Shown: positions 1 to 8,458, numbered from the stretch's first letter. The stretch is 46,194 nt of DNA from a bacterium (GCA_021786945.1 JAJYMK010000003.1:103105-149298); one strand, 5' to 3'. Made by a program: numbers and translations. The notes: generated by a model from the letters alone, not told the origin.

Positions 1-3000
1 GGAACTGGAAATATAACTCTGGGAGGAAATTGGACTAATAGTGGGACTTTTACAAAAGACGCGGGAACGGTAACTTATAATGGTTCTTCTTCTCAAACAG
101 TTGCAGTTTTAAATTATAATAATCTTGTTTTGTCTGGTGTTGGACAAAAAAATTCCGGCGGCAATATAAGCGTAGGTGGTAATTTAACCAATTCTTCTGT
201 TTTTGATATGTCTGGCAATACATTGTCTGTTTCCGGGTCTATTGCCAATACTGGAGGAACAATTCGTTTTTCTGGAACTACAAATGGACTGGCTATCGGC
301 ACAGGCACGGTTGAATATTATGGCTCCTCGCAAACAATAACCTCGGGTACTTATAGTGGTCTTAAAATTAATCAATCTGCAGGATCGGCTACTTTGGGAG
401 GGGTTACGACTGTTGGCGGAGTACTTACTTTATTATCCGGTAATATTGTGACCGGTGCGAACAATCTTTATATAAATTCAACTGGAAGTGTTACTAGGAC
501 GAGTGGCTACGTGGTGGGTAATTTCAGAAAGTATATAGGTACTATCGCCACAACCGAAACTTTTCAAATTGGTGATGCTTCTGGTAATTACACACCGGTA
601 ACAGTTTCATTTGGTAGCGTAACCACCGCAGGAGATTTGACGGTATCTACAACTGCGGGCGATCACCCGAATATTAATACATCGGTATTCAGTTCGAGTT
701 TGACGGTAAATAGATATTGGACACTTACTAATTCTGTTAGTTCACCAATATCTTTTACTAATTACAGCGCTACTTTTAATTTTATTAATCCTGGTGATTT
801 GGATAGCGGTGTAAACACTAATTATCTTAAAATAGGCAGATACTCAAGTTCGAGCTGGACTTATCCGACTATGGGAACTCTTACGTCTACCAGTTCACAA
901 GCTTCCGGACTTACTGCTTTTGGCGATTTTCAAATTGGACAATACAATCCTACTCCGTCTACTAGTTCTATTTCTCCTACTTCTAAAACTGCGGGCGATG
1001 CGCAATTTACATTAACCGTAAATGGTACTAACTTTATTTCAAATTCTTCGGTTTACTTCAATGGTTCTGCTCGCAGTACTTCATATGTTAATTCCACTCA
1101 GTTAACTGCCACAATACTTAGTTCTGATCTTACTTCGGCGGGAACTTTTAATATAACAGTTGTCAATCCAACGCCTGGTGGCGGCACCTCAAATGCTCAA
1201 ACTTTTACGGTTAATACAGCTTCCGACACCACAGCCCCTACTGTTACAGCATTTACAATTCCTAGCACATCTTCGTCATTAACAGTTTCTATTACAACTT
1301 TTACCGCCACGGACAATGTCGGTGTTGCAGATTATTTATTAACCGAAACCGCTTCCACGCCATCGGGAAGTGATTCTGGCTGGTCAAGCACGGCTCAGAC
1401 TTCTTATATTTTTTCCTCTGAAGGTGCTAAGACACTTTACGCCTGGGCTAAAGATGCCGCCGGAAATATTTCTTCCAGTCTCAGCGCTTCCGTGACTATT
1501 ACTTTGGCCGACACCACAGCCCCTACTGTTACAGCATTTACAATTCCTAGCACATCTTCGTCATTAACAGTTTCTATTACAACTTTTACCGCCACGGACA
1601 ATGTCGGTGTTACAGATTATTTATTAACCGAAACCGCTTCCACGCCATCGGGAAGTGATTCTGGCTGGTCAAGCACGGCTCAGACTTCTTATATTTTTTC
1701 CTCTGAAGGTGCTAAGACACTTTACGCCTGGGCTAAAGATGCCGCCGGAAATATTTCTTCCAGTCTCAGCGCTTCCGTGACTATTACTTTGGCCGACACC
1801 ACAGCCCCTACTGTTACAGCATTTACAATTCCTAGCACATCTTCGTCATTAACAGTTTCTATTACAACTTTTACCGCCACGGACAATGTCGGTGTTACAG
1901 ATTATTTATTAACCGAAACCGCTTCCACGCCATCGGGAAGTGATTCTGGCTGGTCAAGCACAGCTCAGACTTCTTATATTTTCGCGACGGCCGGATCCAA
2001 AACTTTGTATGCCTGGGCTAAAGATGCCGCCGGAAATATTTCTTCCAGTCTCAGCGCTTCCGTGACTATTACTTTGCCGGCTTCATCTACTATTTCATAT
2101 AATCAAATTCAATCTTCAATTTCTAGTGGAATAATAGTTCCTAATAATACATTAAACTCTTCTACCTTCGTTACTTTTAATAAGCAAGTTCAGATAAATT
2201 TTGATTCAAGTTCTAGAATGACTGTACCAATAAATACTGTTATGAATGCCGGAGCGACCGTTGATTTTAGTTTTTTGGCTGCAACCAGTACGGTTACAGT
2301 TTCAGGTTTGCCTGCCAATTACACTTCGATTTCCGCTGTTAACTTTGGATTACCCTCTAATTCTTTAACAGCCGATAAGTCGGTAACTATCGATATTTAT
2401 GTTGGTGTGTCTTATAATAGCCAGACTTTATATGTTTTTAAAAAATCTCCAACAGATTCTTCCTGGTCTCAACTAACTACTTGCATAGTAAGTAATGGTT
2501 TTTGTGAATTTACCTCGACTGGTTTTTCTGATTTTTGCGCGGCTAAATATAGCGCACCGTCTGCTGTTGTTTCGGGAAACGGTGGTATAGTTGAACCTAC
2601 TGGAGTAACTTTTTCTGGAAGAGGTTATCCTCAGGGTAAAATTCGGGTATACAGACGCAGCTTAATAGAGCAGATTTTTAGAAATGAATACTTGCCTGAT
2701 TTTGATATAACTGTAGGTAGCGACGGTAATTTTAGTAAGACTTTTACAGGTCTTTTACAATCCAATTATTTATTTGCTCTGGAAGGAACAGATAAAAATG
2801 GTGTAAGTGGGGGAATAGTGTCGTTTACTACCGATTTACTTTCCAATAATACTTTGAATGCAACTAATATTTTTTTACCGCCAACAATTAGTTTTGATAA
2901 TAAGTCTGTTACTAAAGGTAAGACTGTAAAAGTATTTGGATACGCATATCCAAACACAACTGTAGAATTGAGGATTGATAATGTATTAAAACAGACATCC

Positions 3001-3324
3001 ACCTCAGATTCGTCTGGATATTATGAAGTTATAATCAACACTCAAAGATTTTCTTCGAAAACTCATTTTGTTGAAGCAAGACAGGTCGATAATAAAAATA
3101 TCGCAAGTCAATTTTCCGCTCCAAAAAACTTTATAGTTTCGGCATTGAATGTGCCCCAGGCCGATTTTAATAATGACGGGGTCATAGATATAAAAGATTG
3201 GAGCATTTTCTTATTCAGGTGGAAGGCCGCCCCGGCTCTTCGCGCTTTTGATGATTTAAACCTTGACGGTAAGGTAGATATAGCCGACCTGAGTATTTTC
3301 TTAAAGGCTATAAAGGGTATATAA
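1..3324 (+). CDS. Large secreted surface protein, 5'-truncated by the window edge. It has G/N/T-rich beta-helix-like repeats, an IPT/TIG-like domain, three 95-aa Ig-like repeats and a C-terminal dockerin-like module.
   Basis: Frame 1 is open from nt 1 (no stop before the TTG at 130 used by the ORF track), so the gene continues upstream; the stop is at 3322-3324. 'ISPTSKTAGDAQFTLTVNGTNF...TVVNPTPGGGTS' looks IPT/TIG-like. There are three 95-aa repeats of the form 'DTTAPTVTAF...YAWAKDAAGNISS'. The C-terminal 'DFNNDGVIDIKDW...DLNLDGKVDIADLSIF' (nt 3160-3321) matches duplicated dockerin-type Ca-binding loops. Confidence 0.85.
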   Translation, partial: GTGNITLGGNWTNSGTFTKDAGTVTYNGSSSQTVAVLNYNNLVLSGVGQKNSGGNISVGGNLTNSSVFDMSGNTLSVSGSIANTGGTIRFSGTTNGLAIGTGTVEYYGSSQTITSGTYSGLKINQSAGSATLGGVTTVGGVLTLLSGNIVTGANNLYINSTGSVTRTSGYVVGNFRKYIGTIATTETFQIGDASGNYTPVTVSFGSVTTAGDLTVSTTAGDHPNINTSVFSSSLTVNRYWTLTNSVSSPISFTNYSATFNFINPGDLDSGVNTNYLKIGRYSSSSWTYPTMGTLTSTSSQASGLTAFGDFQIGQYNPTPSTSSISPTSKTAGDAQFTLTVNGTNFISNSSVYFNGSARSTSYVNSTQLTATILSSDLTSAGTFNITVVNPTPGGGTSNAQTFTVNTASDTTAPTVTAFTIPSTSSSLTVSITTFTATDNVGVADYLLTETASTPSGSDSGWSSTAQTSYIFSSEGAKTLYAWAKDAAGNISSSLSASVTITLADTTAPTVTAFTIPSTSSSLTVSITTFTATDNVGVTDYLLTETASTPSGSDSGWSSTAQTSYIFSSEGAKTLYAWAKDAAGNISSSLSASVTITLADTTAPTVTAFTIPSTSSSLTVSITTFTATDNVGVTDYLLTETASTPSGSDSGWSSTAQTSYIFATAGSKTLYAWAKDAAGNISSSLSASVTITLPASSTISYNQIQSSISSGIIVPNNTLNSSTFVTFNKQVQINFDSSSRMTVPINTVMNAGATVDFSFLAATSTVTVSGLPANYTSISAVNFGLPSNSLTADKSVTIDIYVGVSYNSQTLYVFKKSPTDSSWSQLTTCIVSNGFCEFTSTGFSDFCAAKYSAPSAVVSGNGGIVEPTGVTFSGRGYPQGKIRVYRRSLIEQIFRNEYLPDFDITVGSDGNFSKTFTGLLQSNYLFALEGTDKNGVSGGIVSFTTDLLSNNTLNATNIFLPPTISFDNKSVTKGKTVKVFGYAYPNTTVELRIDNVLKQTSTSDSSGYYEVIINTQRFSSKTHFVEARQVDNKNIASQFSAPKNFIVSALNVPQADFNNDGVIDIKDWSIFLFRWKAAPALRAFDDLNLDGKVDIADLSIFLKAIKGI
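1222..2076 (+). repeat. Three tandem, in-frame 285-bp (95-codon) repeats inside the surface-protein gene.
   Basis: Units are 1222-1506, 1507-1791 and 1792-2076. Units 1 and 2 differ at essentially one base (ggtgttGcag vs ggtgttAcag). Unit 3 diverges only around 1972-2010 (SSEGAKT -> ATAGSKT). Confidence 0.95.
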
Positions 3325-3363
3325 TTTAAAATAAATAACAAAAAAAATAAAATAATTTAAAAA

Positions 3364-5079
3364 ATGAACAAACTATCGAAATTAATAATAACTATTTTGC
3401 CGCTTGCATGCTTATTTGTTTTCCACAGCGCTTTTGCGGCTTCATCAATAACTTTAAGTCCTGATACCAAAACCGTCGGTTTAAATCAGGAGTTTTCCGT
3501 GTCTTTATTGATTGATTCCGATGTAAAAATAAATGCCGCTCAAGGAGTTGTAAGTTTTTCCCCGAGCGTCTTAAAAATGACTTCAGTAGATAACAGTGCT
3601 TCAATATTTAATTTTTGGGTAGAAGATCCTACTATTTCCGGAGATGTTGGTACAATGAGTTTTACCGGAGGAAATCCGAAAAGTGTTTCGGGAACCGGAT
3701 TAAAGATTTTAACAATGAAATTTAAGGCTGTTGGTATTGGAACTTCTGCGATTAAATTTTCTAATGGCGTTGTAACCGCTGATGACGGCATGGGAACCAA
3801 TGTTCTAGCCACCGTAAATGAAACAAGCATTACCGTGTCCGGTACCGTAGTTTCTGGTACGGCCGTCACACCAGTGGAACAGCCACAATTGGTTGAAAGG
3901 GCGCCGTCGGTTGCTTCTGGCTTACCCTCTGCTCCAAAACTTTCCGTTAGTTTGTATCCGGATCAGAAACAATGGTATAGCCAAATTGGCGATACAGTAA
4001 TTTTCTGGGATTTACCCAAAGACATTATCGGCGTTGCTGTCTCTGTCGATAAAAATCCAAATGGTATTCCGACCACTTTTGAAAAACAACTTTATAATGG
4101 TAAAGATATAGGTGCTTTGAAAGAAGGGGTTAATTATGTGCATGTTAGATTTAAAAACAATATAGGTGTTGGCCAGGTTTCTACTTATAAAATTTCTTTA
4201 GACACCACCGCTCCCTTAGATTTTAAAGTTCAAATGCCAGAAGGTCTTAAAACCGACAATCCCTCTCCGTCCATAACTTTTGATACTAATGATAGTTTAT
4301 CGGGTATAGCTTTTTATTCGGTAATTATTGATTCCGGCACCCCGATTAAAAACACAGTCGGTAATTTAACACTTCCTCTTTTAGAGCCCGGTAAACACTC
4401 AATTTTGGTTAAGGCCTTTGATAATGCCGGAAATAATGCCGAGGCATCTCTTGATTTTGAAATTTTGCCGATTGCTTCTCCTGAAATTAATTTTGTGACG
4501 CAGCCGTTTTATTCCGATTCTGATAATGTTCTTTTGGTGAGAGGCTCTGGAATTGCTAATTCAATTACTTTGTTGTCGGTGGTTAAGAGCGATGGAACAA
4601 TCGCTGCTTCCGGTTCGGTTAGGGCCGATGAATCAGGTCAGTGGGAATATAATTTTTCTCAGACATTTCAAAATGGAAAATATACGGTTATTGCCAGATC
4701 CCAAGATGATAGGGGTGCATTGAGTTTGGCGGTAAAGTCAAACATAACCGTAAAAAGCAAACCTATTTTTAAGATTGGAGCTTTCGAACTAGATTTATTT
4801 GGAGTTGTTATTATATTAGCCCTATTTATTATCGGTAGTTTTGCTGGCGGTTATTATTTTTACAAAGTAAGATCTGAGAAAATAGGAAGAAAAATATTTA
4901 TTACAAAACAAGATATAGGAAAGATTGGGGATATGATTAAAGAAGATTTGGAAAAATTGAAAAAAGCTATAAAAACAGAAGGGACATTTGACGATGAATT
5001 TGTTATTGCCGAACTGGAAAAGAATATTGCAAAGATAGATAAGTACATCCAAAAAGAAGTTGAAAGTATAGGAAAATAA
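3364..5079 (+). CDS. Membrane-anchored cohesin-domain protein: signal peptide, cohesin-like domain, Ig-like domains, a C-terminal TM helix and a charged cytoplasmic tail.
   Basis: The N-terminal 'MNKLSKLIITILPLACLFVFHSAFA' is a signal peptide. 'ITLSPDTKTVGLNQEFSVSLLIDSDVKINAAQGVVSFSPSVLKMTSVDN...GLKILTMKFKAVGIGTSAIKFSNG' follows the cohesin sequence pattern (approx nt 3442-3844). The 'DTTAP...AFDNAGN' Ig-like module is shared with the upstream gene. The TM helix is 'LFGVVIILALFIIGSFAGGYYFY'. Confidence 0.8.
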   Translation: MNKLSKLIITILPLACLFVFHSAFAASSITLSPDTKTVGLNQEFSVSLLIDSDVKINAAQGVVSFSPSVLKMTSVDNSASIFNFWVEDPTISGDVGTMSFTGGNPKSVSGTGLKILTMKFKAVGIGTSAIKFSNGVVTADDGMGTNVLATVNETSITVSGTVVSGTAVTPVEQPQLVERAPSVASGLPSAPKLSVSLYPDQKQWYSQIGDTVIFWDLPKDIIGVAVSVDKNPNGIPTTFEKQLYNGKDIGALKEGVNYVHVRFKNNIGVGQVSTYKISLDTTAPLDFKVQMPEGLKTDNPSPSITFDTNDSLSGIAFYSVIIDSGTPIKNTVGNLTLPLLEPGKHSILVKAFDNAGNNAEASLDFEILPIASPEINFVTQPFYSDSDNVLLVRGSGIANSITLLSVVKSDGTIAASGSVRADESGQWEYNFSQTFQNGKYTVIARSQDDRGALSLAVKSNITVKSKPIFKIGAFELDLFGVVIILALFIIGSFAGGYYFYKVRSEKIGRKIFITKQDIGKIGDMIKEDLEKLKKAIKTEGTFDDEFVIAELEKNIAKIDKYIQKEVESIGK

Positions 5080-5089
5080 AAAATTCCCA

Positions 5090-5118
5090 CCCTCAACGAA
5101 AAACGTTGAGGGTTTTTT
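5090..5118 (+). terminator. Rho-independent terminator.
   Basis: ccctcaacg-aaaaa-cgttgaggg followed by tttttt. Confidence 0.85.
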
Positions 5119-5133
5119 GTTTTATAATAGATA

Positions 5134-6573
5134 TTGCTTATGTTCAGAAGAGAAAATATACATGATTTAGCTTTTTGGATTTGTTTGTTTTTCCTAATCG
5201 GAATCGCTTTATTTAGTTTTCTAAATAGTTTATTGATTATTATTTCGATTGTTTTTTTGCTGTTTTTTTATTTATTGACTATAAGTAAAAAAGATTTGGC
5301 GCTTTTATTTTTGTTTGTTATTGCCGGATCTTTATATGCCTATCTATTTAATTTTTATCAGTTAGAAAATATAAATATTCCTTTTGAAAAAAATGGAGAT
5401 TTTGAAGGAATTATTTTAGACACAAAAAGCGGTTATTCCGGGCAGCAATTGAAAGTTTCTTTAACCGGAAATTATAAGGGTAATATAAATTTAAAAACTG
5501 GTTCATATCCCGAACTATCTTATGGCGATAGAATAAAATTTATAGGCGTTATAAAGCAAATAGCCGGAGATTACCGCAATTATTATTTAAGTAAAAATAT
5601 TTTTGGTGAATCGGATTCTAAGAAAGTTGAAATTATAAGCAGGAATAATGGAAATTTTATAAAATCTGGACTTTTATCTTTTAGGAATAAGTTAAAAAAT
5701 ATTTTTAATTCAAGCTTGCCAAGAGAAAAAGCCGCTTTTTTGGCCGGAATAACTATTGGCGGAAAAGAGGATTTTTCCAAAGAATTTAAGGATAAAATGT
5801 CTTTAAGCGGCACAACTCACTTAGTTGCGCTGTCCGGGTATAATATTTCTATAGTGATTTTAATTTCCGGACTCATTTTTTCTTTATATTTCAGCATTTC
5901 GGTCTCTTTTTATCTCAGTATTTTATTGGTTATTTTATTTGTGATCATGACCGGGGGTGAAGCTTCTGTGGTGAGAGCGGCTATTATGGGCGTGATAATG
6001 ATTCTTTCCGTGCAGTCCGAGAGGTTATTTAGCGCCAGAAACGGTATTATTATAGCCGCATTTATCATGGCTTTATTCAATCCAAATGTATTGGTTTTCG
6101 ATGTCGGTTTTCAGCTTTCTTTCGCGGCGCTTTTGGGGATAGTCTATTTGTCGCCCGCATTGGAAAAGATTTTTAAATTTCAGTCCCCGGGTTTATTTTC
6201 TTGGAAAGAAAACGCACTAATGACTTTAGCGGCGCAGATAATGGCTCTGCCTATCTTAATTGCTAATTTTGGAGTTTTTTCTTTGACTTCAATATTGGCT
6301 AACATTTTAATTTTAGAATTTATACCTTTAACTATGGCTATAGGTTTTTCCTTGGTTTTATTTGGTTTATTTTCTGATTTTTTGGCTAAAATATTAGGTT
6401 TATTGGCGAATATATTTATCTCGTATGAGTTTTTTACAATAGATTTATTTTCTAGGTTTTCCATTCCGATTAAAATTTTGGGTACGGGCATTATATTTTG
6501 GTTAATTTACTATACAGTTATAGCTCTTTTTATTTTGTTTGGTAATAAAAAATACAATGAAGAAAGAATTTAA
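5134..6573 (+). CDS. comEC: ComEC/Rec2 DNA-internalisation channel (OB/DUF4131-like region plus competence domain), lacking the metallo-beta-lactamase domain.
   Basis: Polytopic membrane protein with an OB-like 'YGDRIKFIGVIKQI' and the conserved competence-domain motif 'SGTTHLVALSGYNISIV'. Confidence 0.85.
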   Translation: MLMFRRENIHDLAFWICLFFLIGIALFSFLNSLLIIISIVFLLFFYLLTISKKDLALLFLFVIAGSLYAYLFNFYQLENINIPFEKNGDFEGIILDTKSGYSGQQLKVSLTGNYKGNINLKTGSYPELSYGDRIKFIGVIKQIAGDYRNYYLSKNIFGESDSKKVEIISRNNGNFIKSGLLSFRNKLKNIFNSSLPREKAAFLAGITIGGKEDFSKEFKDKMSLSGTTHLVALSGYNISIVILISGLIFSLYFSISVSFYLSILLVILFVIMTGGEASVVRAAIMGVIMILSVQSERLFSARNGIIIAAFIMALFNPNVLVFDVGFQLSFAALLGIVYLSPALEKIFKFQSPGLFSWKENALMTLAAQIMALPILIANFGVFSLTSILANILILEFIPLTMAIGFSLVLFGLFSDFLAKILGLLANIFISYEFFTIDLFSRFSIPIKILGTGIIFWLIYYTVIALFILFGNKKYNEERI

Positions 6574-7423
6574 TTTATTGAAGTCGCTGATTTTATTATT
6601 GATTTTACTGGATGTGGTAATTTGGTATTTTATTTTATTTCCCAAATCATTATCTGATTTTGAACTTTATTTTTTGAAGGTTGGGCAGGGAGATGCATCT
6701 ATGGCTTTATTGACAGATGAAAATCATACCGGGTTTATAAAAGTTTTGATAGACGGTGGTCCGGCAAATGGTAACCTTGCTTTAAATTTGGAAAAAATTT
6801 TAGGAAGTGACCGATACATCGATTTGGTGTTCATTTCGCATCCGCAAACCGATCATTTCGGCGGTTTAATTGAAATTTTTAAAAACTACAGAATAGGAGG
6901 GGTTTTTTATAATGGTGAGATTTCTTCTGATAGTTCGTGGAAGGCACTGGAAAGCCTTATTAATATTAAAAAAATACCCAAAATTGCTATTTTAAGGGAT
7001 GAGATGGTTAATTATGGATTTAATACAATTAAAGCCTTAAATTCGGCTAATTTTGGGCCAAACACCAATAACTCCGCTTTAGTTTTGTTGTTAAATAGCA
7101 ATGGAATAAAGACTTTGTTTACTGGGGATATAGACGCGGCTACCGAAGTATTGATTTCCAAGAGCGAGGATATTGGCGCGGACATTTTGAAAGTAAGCCA
7201 TCATGGTTCGAAATATTCTTCGGATCTAGATTTTCTCAAAAAAGTTAACCCAAAAGTTTCGGTTATTGAGGTAGGAAAGAACAGTTATGGTCATCCGGCT
7301 AAGGAAGTTTTGGACAAATTAAATTTGATCAGCTCTAAAATTTTTAATACTTACGATCAGGGGCTTATAAAAATAATAAGAGAGGGGAATGACCTTAAAG
7401 TTTTTTCCTATCCCAACCCCTAA
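6557..7423 (+). CDS. Metallo-beta-lactamase-fold protein with an N-terminal TM helix, equivalent to a detached ComEC C-terminal nuclease domain.
   Basis: Motifs 'VLIDGGP', 'FISHPQTDHFGGL', 'KVSHHGSKYSS' and 'YGHP'. The ATG at 6557 overlaps the comEC stop (6571-6573) by 17 nt in the +1 frame. The ORF track's TTG at 6539 is less likely. Confidence 0.8.
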   Translation: MKKEFNLLKSLILLLILLDVVIWYFILFPKSLSDFELYFLKVGQGDASMALLTDENHTGFIKVLIDGGPANGNLALNLEKILGSDRYIDLVFISHPQTDHFGGLIEIFKNYRIGGVFYNGEISSDSSWKALESLINIKKIPKIAILRDEMVNYGFNTIKALNSANFGPNTNNSALVLLLNSNGIKTLFTGDIDAATEVLISKSEDIGADILKVSHHGSKYSSDLDFLKKVNPKVSVIEVGKNSYGHPAKEVLDKLNLISSKIFNTYDQGLIKIIREGNDLKVFSYPNP

Positions 7424-7434
7424 TTTTTATAAAT

Positions 7435-7486
7435 AAAAAATGTTTCCATAATTCTCGCTATAGCGGGAAAAATAGAAACAATTTGT
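7435..7486 (+). terminator. Nested-palindrome hairpin terminator, a member of a repeated roughly 50-nt element family.
   Basis: aaaaaatgtttccataattctcgctatagcgggaaaaatagaaacaattt. It is closely related to the first roughly 50 nt of the 122-bp repeats at 37953 and 39853. Confidence 0.6.
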
Positions 7487-7538
7487 TTACTGGGGTATAT
7501 TAGTGGTATTTTTATTAGTAATAATTATTTATAAAAAT

Positions 7539-8138
7539 ATGAAGTTTCAAAAAGAAAAAACTTTGGTTTTATTGAAGCCGGATGCAGTCCAGAGAAATTT
7601 GATAGGAGAAATTATCGGCCGATTTGAGAGGGTTGGTTTAAAAATAATTGCCATGAAGTTTGTGGTACCAACCAAAGACCAGGCTTTCAAGCATTATGTA
7701 AAAAATGATGCTGAAATCGTAGCCTTGGGTAACCGTTCAATTGAGGGAAAAAAGAAATCGGGGATAGAGGTAAAAGAAGATCCGAAAACTTTGGGCCAGC
7801 AGATTATCGACAGGCTGGTAAGGTTTTTGTCTTCAGGACCGGTAGTTGCTTTTGTTCTTGAGGGCAATCAGGCTATTTCTATTACTAGAAAACTTGTTGG
7901 TTCCACAGAGCCTTTGCAGTCAGCTGTCGGCACTGTAAGGGGAGACTACACTATAGATTCATATACTTTAGCTGATAATGACAATAGGGCTGTTAGGAAT
8001 CTTATCCACGCCTCTTCAAGTCAGTTTGATTCCGGTTACGAGATAGATGTCTGGTTTAAACCTGAAGAAATCTATAGTTACAACAATGTAAGGGACAGGA
8101 TTCTTTACGATGTTAATTTGGATAATATAAACGATTAA
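7539..8138 (+). CDS. ndk: Nucleoside diphosphate kinase, long form with an internal insertion.
   Basis: 'KTLVLLKPDAVQRNLIGEIIGRFERVGLKIIAMKF' is present and the catalytic His lies in 'NLIHASSS'. The ATG at 7539 is preferred over the upstream alternative start at 7503. Confidence 0.9.
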   Translation: MKFQKEKTLVLLKPDAVQRNLIGEIIGRFERVGLKIIAMKFVVPTKDQAFKHYVKNDAEIVALGNRSIEGKKKSGIEVKEDPKTLGQQIIDRLVRFLSSGPVVAFVLEGNQAISITRKLVGSTEPLQSAVGTVRGDYTIDSYTLADNDNRAVRNLIHASSSQFDSGYEIDVWFKPEEIYSYNNVRDRILYDVNLDNIND

Positions 8139-8159
8139 AAAAGCAAAAACTCATTAAAA

Positions 8160-8182
8160 TAGCGCTAAAAAGCGCTATTTTT
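8160..8182 (+). terminator. Rho-independent terminator of ndk.
   Basis: tagcgct-aaaa-agcgcta followed by ttttt. Confidence 0.8.
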
Positions 8183-8242
8183 GTTAAAAAAGATATCCAC
8201 AGTTCTGAGGAAAGCATTATAAAAATGTGCTATAATTAAATT

Positions 8243-8385
8243 AACCTTTAAATAGGTTTAGAAAACTCCGTTATCCCCCAGATTAATCGTTATATAAAGG
8301 GAGGGTAAAGTGCTTATTACTGAGGTAATAAGCTGAACCCACCCACCTAGTAATTAGCTAGGGGTAGAAACGGAGTTTTTTATTT
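8243..8385 (+). ncRNA. Candidate structured small RNA of unknown class, about 140 nt.
   Basis: An extended -10 TGCTATAAT (8228-8236) has no ATG downstream. A perfect 11-bp closing stem pairs 8262-8272 (aaaactccgtt) with 8369-8379 (aacggagtttt) and is followed by a U-tract. Internal elements are a 9-bp hairpin 8312-8320/8325-8333 with a UGAG loop, a hairpin at 8346-8362, and ggg/ccc pairings 8299-8305 with 8338-8344. It forms a local GC-rich island in AT-rich spacer. Confidence 0.45.
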
Positions 8386-8396
8386 GTTAAATTGTC

Positions 8397-8425
8397 TTGA
8401 CTAATTTTAAATTTTGTTATATTAT
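8397..8425 (+). promoter_or_regulatory. Sigma70-type promoter of the 8459 cassette.
   Basis: TTGACT (8397-8402), a 17-nt spacer, then TATTAT (8420-8425). Alternatively TGtTATATT with a shorter spacer. Confidence 0.55.
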
Positions 8426-8458
8426 ATTTAAATTGCAACTTAACATAAGGAGGAATTT

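Noticed and set aside
130-3324. The ORF-track start (TTG at 130) for the first gene.
   Set aside because: The same frame is open from nt 1 with the same G/N/T-rich repeat character, so the gene is 5'-truncated by the window rather than starting at 130.
3540-3869. A 109-aa antisense ORF inside the cohesin gene, with similar ones at 114-375, 2766-3341 and 4822-5096.
   Set aside because: They lie inside well-supported plus-strand coding frames and have no initiation signals.
8205-8385. Possible reduced RNase P RNA: 'GAGGAAAG' at 8209-8216, and 'GGTAATAAGC...AACCCACCC...TAGGGG' reminiscent of M1 RNA segments.
   Set aside because: The CR-I motif lacks the following UCC. No P4 3'-strand (ACAGAA..CCGGCUUA-like) or other universally conserved regions are visible, and the total length is too short. 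I treat the similarity as coincidental.
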